This document shows positions 15,001 through 23,619 of a stretch of DNA of 64,000 nucleotides, piece after piece. The position numbers and the translations under genes are program-made. Source of the DNA: Monocercomonoides exilis PA203 (taxonomy: Eukaryota; Protista; Preaxostyla). The stretch lies in contig LSRY02000046.1 of assembly GCA_001643675.2 (NCBI GenBank), positions 186,001 to 250,000 on the forward strand. The letters run 5' to 3'. Each line of letters opens with the position of its first letter. The first letter of the stretch is position 1. Under the pieces are notes generated by a model. That model worked only from the letters and a program-made list of their open reading frames with translations. It was not told where the DNA came from and did not search any database.

Positions 15001-16764
15001 TCTTTCTCAGCTGACGAGCCAATGAACTCATCCTCACCAGAGATACTGATTCATTCACCAAATAGTCATTCTCGTTCTTCGTACGCTCTTTCATCAACCG
15101 GATTATCAAACAAGTCTCTGAGTCTTCGTTCGATTGTATCAAAGCTGCTGTCGTTGTGTACTGAGCATACGTTTTCGTTTCATTCAGCTAAGAAAAGTGA
15201 AGACTCATCCGCATTAAATCTAACAATATCTCAATTGAGCATGCACAATTTGCAGAAACTGGCTTATAACATGTTGAGTACTTCTTCTTCGAAGTACTTA
15301 CCTTATTCTTCAGACATCTCACATCTCTTGTCGAACGAATCATTTGAAGAAAATCCAGCAAATGTTCAGTTTAATCAGAGTAATTCTAATGCTTTCCAGC
15401 AACAAAGTGCATCTTCTTCTTCTTCCTTTGTAACAGATTCAGTCACACAATCAATTTTGAATGAATGGATTCGAATAGAAAAATGCTACAATCTTTTGTA
15501 TTTGAATATTCAAACTGTTAAAACTGTGAGTGGTGGAAAGGAAAAATCTACCAATGAAATACGGTCACTTATGGACGACTTTTCCAATGAAAAGACGCCA
15601 AACAGCTGGAAACACGCTTTTTATGCTTGCAACACATTGTCTTCGTCTGCAGCTGTCTCTCTTCTCGTCTCTCTCGACATTTATCACTTCGTCATTCACA
15701 TCGTCAAATCACTTAATCACTTCAGAAAATTGGCTTTACCTCTTCTTCTTCCTCCTCCTTCTCAACAAAATCCTTCCATCTTCGATGCTTCTTCATTGCC
15801 TTCTTATTCGTCTAGTTCTGATGAATTATCAAAACAGCTTGTTTCACCTCTTCAAATGCAGATGACTTCAAAATGTATTCCTTGTGTCTGGCTTGGAGGA
15901 TTCGCATCGCCATTCGGATTTCTCACAGCCACTCAGCAAAAAGCCTGCCAAACAAGAGGATGGCCAATGGAAATGGTGGAACTATGCGTCAAAATGTGTT
16001 CTCCAGGAAGCGGGAAATTATTTGAAGCAATATTTTCTGAGGAATTATCAAAGAAGCAGAATAATTCTAAAAGTCAGTTTGGACATAAAATTGAAACTGA
16101 GAGCGAAATGGAAGATGACTCAAATGAAGTCAATAGAAAAGCATCTAAAACTTCATCAAATGCATTCCAAAAGAAACAGCATTCAACTTCTGCGCTAAAA
16201 GATGGTATCAAAACTTCATCTCAATCGATGCTGTGGATTGAGACTACCAATAAGGTCATTAAGGAATCAGTGAAGGACGATGAAGAAGCCGCTTTTGTGT
16301 GTGTTAGTGCATTTGTAGAGTGTGCTTCTGTGTATTCAGTTCAAAACAAGGAAGGATCGAATGCATCTCTTGTTCCATATGATCCTTCTATTTCATCTAA
16401 GTCATCTTCTTCTGCAACTGCTGCTTTTTCAAACAAAAGCACTTCTTCGTTCTATGCTTTGCATCCAGGTTCTCCATCATCTGCCATTTCACTTCCTCCA
16501 CTTATTTTTGCATGGAGGCTTAAAACCAACACCACTTCCAAGCCATCTCAATTTACATCCACTTTTTCTCAACTGCTTGTTGCTCCTATTGAGTTACCTT
16601 TCTTCTTCGACACGACCAGACGTTCTCTTGTTGCCTTTTGCACTCTTCCTGCTGTTGAGCAGCTGCAAACCACAAAACTGAAAAATGCGTTGGAATCGGC
16701 ACAAAAACAGAACAGGCTCACGCGATGTGCTGAAAAAAGTACAGCTGTGATTTTCTATAAATAA
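1..16764 (+). CDS. DYNC1H1: Cytoplasmic dynein-1 heavy chain (probably 5'-partial; frame open from base 1; no introns needed)
   Basis: Four P-loops: AAA1 GPAGTGKT (5767), AAA2 GGAGCGKT (6793), AAA3 GPPGSGKT (8248), AAA4 GASGAGKT (9442). The AAA1 segment [48 protein letters not shown] is of the cytoplasmic dynein-1 type. Also linker [17 protein letters not shown], coiled-coil stalk/MTBD at ~10300-11250, and AAA5 [12 protein letters not shown]. Ends at TAA 16762-16764, followed by AT-rich sequence. Confidence 0.97.
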   Translation, partial: [5587 protein letters not shown]

Positions 16765-17592
16765 CAGCTTCATTTCTTTATGTGTTTTTGAATAATAGAC
16801 TTTTCTTCCTTGCGAATTGTTAGCTTTAAGAAATCATCCAATTAATTAGGTACAGATGTTAAATTACTTCATTTCACATTTCATTTATTATATGTTTTTG
16901 TGAAAAATTCTTGCAAACAAAGAATCGAATAACACTTTTGATAATGTGAATGAAATTTGTTCAATCGTTAAGAAATTTTAAGGAAATATAAGTTGATAAA
17001 TAAATGCTTTTGAAAAATAACTAAAATCACTTTCAATAAAGATTTTATCAACTCATCAAATATTTGCATATTTCATTTTATATTGAAATGTTTTAATTAA
17101 AAACATTTTTTCTTTTCAAATTCGATTTAAATAATCATTTCTGTAATGTGCATATAAAATTAATACAACATTTTTCAATGTTCACAAGCTAAAAGCATGT
17201 AAATTTTTGTATTGAACGAACAAGTTTAAAAATTACGAAAATCAAATTAAGAATTTGTATAACAATTTCAACGGAATAATCGTGAATTTCAATGAAAACA
17301 AATATGCTTTGTCTACAACATAAATATGTTTTTTGAAATAAATTCTTCACATCAATTTTCAGCAATTCAATATATGCATTTTTGAATTGAAAAAGCTTAA
17401 CAATCACTTTCATTCCATTCTCGCTGTAAATAAATGTTCTAAACGGTTCTGATAATAAATGACAATAATGAAAATTTAAATATTTTTGGTTCTGAAGTTT
17501 TTAAACGAAAATATTCAAAACCAAATCAATATTAAAAAATATTATTCAAAGATCGATAAGATAATTGGAAAAATTGGATTTTTCCGGCCAAG

Positions 17593-20500
17593 ATGGTTTT
17601 CAAGCTTAAATTGTTTTGATTTCTTTTATAACATTCACTTCTATTTCAGTCAAAAAGCAACGAAGGTGGAAATGTGAAAGTTGTATGCCGTTTTCGACCT
17701 TTCAATCAAATGGAAATTTTATCCAATGCCCAAGAAAGCTGTGAACTTACAGACGATGAAAAAGGACTTACAATAAAAGTTAATAAATTTAATGCTTTTT
17801 GATTTCATTATATTTGCGATTATGCTTTTTTCTTTTTTTTTCTAAATTCTTCATTTATCAGACAGCAGATGGAAACAAATACTTTGAATTCGACCGAATT
17901 TTTCCGACATACACCTCTCAGGAAATTGTGTATGCCTTTGCAGCACAGCCAGTCATTTCAAGTTTGCCAATTTTTATTGATATTTTTTCAATATTTCTTT
18001 TCGCGTCATTCAACAATCAAGAAATTATGGATGGAATAAATGCAACAATACTTGCATATGGGCAAACTTCCTCTGGAAAAACATTTACTATGATGGTTTA
18101 ATTCTTTTAGCGTTCAATTTTCCAACTTATTGCTTTGCTTATTTTTTTCTTTAAAGGGACCAGAAGAGCCAAATGAAATTTCAATAGGAATAATACCTAG
18201 ATTAATCAAACAACTTTATCAGCAAATAGAAGCTCTCGGAAATGGCTTTGAAGTGAGCGTCAAAGTCAGCTATATTGAGATTTATCTGGAACGAGTCTAT
18301 GATCTTCTCGACCGTTTGCCTTTAAATATTTGAGCTTATTTTTAACATTCTTATTGTTGTTGTGAATATTAAATTTCGTTTTTATGATCTTTTCGTTTTC
18401 TATTCGTGCAAAACTATCTCTCATTTTTTATTTTAGCGAATAAAGGAAGCCTTGATATCCATGAAAGCACAGAAAGAGGTATTTTTGTTGCGGGCGTTAC
18501 CGAAGAAGGCTGCACAAGCGCGGAACAAGTGTTGGACATTTTGAGTCGAGGCGAAAGTGCTCGAAGAACTGCTGCTACACGTGTGTTGTTGCTCTCATTG
18601 TAATTTTTTTTTTCCCAACGAAATGGTTTTGTAATTATAATCTTTTTTTGGAAATTTTGATTCATTTTGCTCAATTTTTTTAAAATTTGACAAACTTCAA
18701 GCAATATTTTACACTTTATTCATGATTTCACTAAATTTTTCTTTCACTTCAAATTTTCATTGACTTTGTTATTCATTCTCTTTCAGAAATGAACGAACGT
18801 TCGTCTCGTTCACATTCCATGTGTCTTGTGACTGTCACACAACAGAACTTGGAATCAGGCCTTTTGCGAAGAGGCAGACTCTGCCTGGTTGATTTGGCTG
18901 GTTCAGAAAAGGTGCTCCAAACAGGAGCTGTGGGGCAGGCATTGGAAGAGGCAAAGAAAATTAACAAAAGCCTTTCAGGTTTGTGTATTTGAAGGGTAAT
19001 GAAAAAGATAAATAGAAAAAACAGTTATTATCAATTCTATTTTTGTTCGTAATTTCTTTTTATTGTTTTTGGATTTTTCTTTCAATACGAACTCTAGAAT
19101 CCATATTATTGTATCATTTCTATCGTTATATTCATTGCATTCAATTTCATAGCGCTTGGCAATGTGATCAATGCCCTCACCGACCCCAAAGTCACCCATG
19201 TTCCGTATCGAGACTCGAAACTCACTCGTCTGCTGCAGGAGACATTCGGCGGGAATTCGCAAACAGTTCTGATTGTCTGCTGCTCCATTTCGAGCACCAA
19301 TACGGCAGAGACGCTGTCCACACTGTATTTTGGGCAGCGGGCGAAGGCAGTGAAGAACAAGGTGAGTGTGAACATGGACCTGACGCCGACAGAAATGAAG
19401 AGGATGTTGGAGAAGAAGACGAAGGAGATCTCGTCGCTGAAGAGGCTCGTGGCAATGCTGCGGGAAGAGCTCAAGCTGCACGGCATCGAAGTGGATGAGA
19501 ATGGACAGAGGAAAGTGAAGGAAAAAGAAGGGAAAGAAGGGAAAGATGGATCTGCTTCTTCAAATCAAACAACTTCCTCTGGTTCTGAATCATCAGCTGA
19601 TTCACCAAAAGGCAATGAAGATGAAGCTTCCGCAAGCAAGTCCAGTTCTTCATCGGGTTCATTGCTTTCATCCCAAAATGCATCCAACAATCAAAGTAAA
19701 GGAGAAGGAGAAGAAGAAGAAGAAGAAGAAGAAGAAAGTGACGTCCAATCACTCTATGATCTGTGCACGTCTTTGCAGGCGCGGTGTGAGCAGCTGGAGA
19801 AAGAGCAGGATGCGATGGAAGAAATGCGGCGAGAGATGGAGGAGATGCGTGTTGTGCGGGAGAGCCTGCTGGATGAGCTGGACAAAGCAGACGAAGCAGC
19901 CGAGGAGAGCGAAAAGATCCGCCTGGAGAACGAAGAGAGGAAGACAAGAGAGGCCGAGCTGCTGGCAAAGGTGGGGCAAATGGAGATTGTCGAGCGGTGG
20001 CTGGAGGAAGAGCTGAACGGTGCAGAGAAAATGGCTTCTTCAGATTCACCTGAGCTTTCGCTTGCTTCTGGAGAAAACAGGTTGATTCAGTCAATATTGA
20101 GTTCTCAGCAATCTTTTGCTGATTCTCATTCATCTGCGTCTTCTTCATTATCATCATCTTCTTCTTCTTCTCTCAGTCAGCAATCGCAAAAGGCTGGCAC
20201 TGAAAATCCTTCTTCCTCTTCTTCGTCTCGTCTTTTCGAACTGCTCCAGAAATTCACTCGTCGCATTCGTTCTTCATCTTCTCCTTCGCCTTCTGTTTCG
20301 TCCTTTGCCACTCAAACAGAAGAAAGTGAGGTATTTCTGAATGCAGAATATGATCTTATTCTTGCCGAGCAGCTGCTTCAGACGTCGTATCTGCCATCCT
20401 TCCCACTTCAATCACCACATCCTTCTTCTCCTTCAGCCAAAGACAATTCCAACACACTTCTTCATTCATTCGACGCACAACCACATTCTCCTTCTGCTAC

Positions 20501-22808
20501 TGGCTCATCCACACCTGCTCTTCCAATTCTGTCGCCCTCTGAAAACTCACCTAAGATGATCCCTTTGCCTTCCCCTGGAATTTCTCCTTCGTCTTCTCTC
20601 TCAATCATTCCACCTCTTCAGACATTTCACAATCCATCAGCATCTTCATCATCATCTTCTTCTTCTTCTTCTTCTTCTTCTTCTTCTTCTTCTTCTTCTT
20701 CTTCTTCTTCTTCTTCTTCTTCTTCCACTTCAGATACTCCACTCACTGTCACACCTCGCTCTTCTCTTTCTCTGTCTCTTTCTGCTTCTTCCTTCTCTTC
20801 TCTCCGCCGCCCACTCACACGCACAGCCTCTGGCCATCTGTCCCCATTCTTTTCGCTCACAGAAGGCTTGGGCAAAAGACTGCCTTCTGTTCATCAGCTG
20901 TCTCCTCTGTGCTCTTCGATCTCTTCTCCTCTCTCGCCTGGCTCATCAAACACTTCCATGCAATTTCCTTCTTCTTCGTCGTCCTCCTCATCATCTTATT
21001 CTTCTTTTTCTTATGCTGACATCACACTGAAAGATGCTTCAGCCAAGAATCCTATTGCTCAGTCACCTTCTCAATCACAATTCAATTCACTTCGCTCAGA
21101 CAAAAACTTGACCATTCGCACCCCTTCACCTCTTCTTCGCCACAACCGCAGTGAGTCTCTCTCTCCCATCGCTTACTCGCACGCCACGTCTTTTCCTTCT
21201 GAATTAGCTGTTGGTTCAGCCAATGCAAAGACACACAACACAGAACAGCTGGAAAATACATACAGCATCGATGCCATGTTCTCTTCGCCTGCAGCACTTG
21301 TTGTCTCAAATGGTGATAACTTTGCAAACACAAACACAAACACAAACTGGATGGTTTCGCATCAGTGCAACTTGTCCACGTGTTCTTCTTCACCTTCTTC
21401 GGATCTCATTCTTTTGGATGATGATGTTCAGCCATCTGATCTCAGGCCGTCCTTCCGCTGTGCAAATTGCTATTCTCTCCCAAACGAAGAAGGAAGCGAC
21501 TCATCAACAGCAGCTGCTCATCCGAAGAGCAACAGCTGCTCACCTGAATCCAACGAGACATGCAACACGTTCGAGACATCGCCTTCAATCACCCCTTCGC
21601 TCAGCACTGAAAGTGCTGGCGCAAATGAATCTTCTTTTGCTGCTTCTGCTGCTTCGAATCCAAAGCAGATTTCAAAGCCAACACCTCTGCTGAATTCAGC
21701 TGATGTGTGCAATCCATTCTTAATAATGGATAGCAACGATATGGATTCAGCTTCATCATCATCTTCTTCTTCTTCTTCCTCTTCTTCTTCTCAATCTCTT
21801 TTTGCTGAGTTTTTCTGCCATCGATGCAAAGCGCCCTTTTGCCGTGCGTGTTTTGAGTCACTCCATTCGCGTGGCTGCCTCAAGAGCCACACTTTTCTCG
21901 ATCTGAACACAGCTTCGTTGCAGCAGCTGAACAAAATCAAGGCCTTTCTGACTGCTGCCCCGTCTTCGGCGATTGCTGTGCAGATTGGCGATGAGATGGA
22001 TGCAGACATGGAGCAGGAGCTGGCTATCAGAGAAGCGTTTGGAGAGAAGGAAGAGAAAAATAGAGGGAAAAGAGACAGCGAATGGCAAAGCAATGGCGAG
22101 GGAGAAGAAGAATGCTCTTACCAAAATGAATTTAACGATGTGTTTGGAGAAGAAGCTGATGATTCTCTTGTAACAGTTAAGCAGCCATCTTCAACTATTT
22201 CAACACCTTTTTCTACCTCTCGCTTAATCAAAGGAAGCGAAGGCAGCATTTCAGGCAAGACAATTCCAAGTTTTAGCAACAATAACAGCAACAGCAACAC
22301 GATAAAGGAGAAAAAAAGCGACCGAAAGAAAAAATGGGCGAAAGCAAAGGCAAATCTGCCATCAGCTTCATGGAACGAGGCGTTGCTTGTGTCAAATCAG
22401 CATACACAACAGTCAGAGCAGCATTCGATGCAACTTTGCGATTTTGAATCACAGAATGCACGATTGAAATGGACTGCAGACGAAGCTATTGACAATTTCT
22501 GTCGAACACAGAATTTCAGCAATGTTCAGAAGAGAAAAGAGGGAGATATTAGAGAAGGAGATACAAAAGAGGATGAATGCAAAAACAGGAGCAATGGAGC
22601 TACCTCCTGCAACGAGTTTTCTTTGCCTATTTCGAAAGAAACTTCGAATGATCAAAATATTCCCCAAACAACTTTGTATTCTCCTGCTCCATTTGATAAT
22701 AAATCTTTGCGTTCTTCTGATTCCTCTGCAAGCGTTCATATGACCTCTTTTTTGTATCTCCTTTCAATTTTTCTTGTATTCATCCTCTCTGTTTTAATAA
22801 AGAGATGA
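17593..22808 (+). CDS. Kinesin-1 (KHC)-like motor, 8 exons: 17593-17595, 17650-17778, 17862-17961, 18022-18095, 18157-18313, 18437-18580, 18787-18978, 19153-22808
   Basis: Phase-consistent GT-AG splicing joins [18 protein letters not shown]-loop [24 protein letters not shown], switch [11 protein letters not shown], switch [34 protein letters not shown] and [14 protein letters not shown]. The motor is followed by coiled coil, a Ser-rich region, a B-box-like Cys/His cluster and a hydrophobic C-terminus. Confidence 0.93.
20643..20726 (+). repeat. (TCT)n microsatellite encoding ~28 consecutive Ser in the kinesin tail
   Basis: Perfect TCT run at ~20655-20723, in frame. Confidence 0.95.
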
Positions 22809-23619
22809 ATATGTTGTTCAATCTGTTTGTTCTTAGTAATTTATGTTTTCTGATCCTTTCAATGTTTCAAAAACCAATTTGTTTTTTCCCATTGTTAAGT
22901 TGAAATGTTTTTAACGCTTTATGTTTTTGTTCGTGGAGATTTATAAATTCGAATTCATGAAAAGTTCTTATTAAACGAGAAGTTCTTCAAGATTTTTTTT
23001 TCAATTCTCAACCTTTTTGCTTGTTTGATTTATTCTCTTTTGTTTAATTGAATATTCGAGTGAATTTGCACAAATGAAAATTTTGCAAGTCCTCGAGAAT
23101 GTTGTTTTTCTAGCAGTTTTAATTCACCACATCATAACAACATTGAGTTTTTTTGACTTTTAAATTTTTATTTTCAATTATTTTTTTATGTTTAATTTTT
23201 GACAGTTCAATTTCGGATTTTGTGTTTGTTATTTGATTGCAAGTTGTTATAATTCGCGAAGTAATCTTGATATTTTATAAGCTTTCTTGCTCTTTCAACA
23301 AGACAGCAAAGATGTTATTAGAAAAGAATATAGGATGAATTATAATAAAAACGAAATTCAAAATTGAACAGAGAAAACTTTTTTGATGGAAAAGGAAAAT
23401 TGAAATATGAATAATCCCTCATGCACATAATTATTCTTGGTTTTCAAAAAGAATTCTCAAAGTTCACCAACGTAATTTTTCGAAGTAATAAAAAATTGAT
23501 ATTTACAAAAAATTATAATGATATGTTTATGTTTTGGTATTTGATCTCAATTTTGAAAAGATTTCTTTATCGATTCCAAGGAAAGTCAGCAAATAAATAT
23601 CGATAAAAAACCAGCGTGA

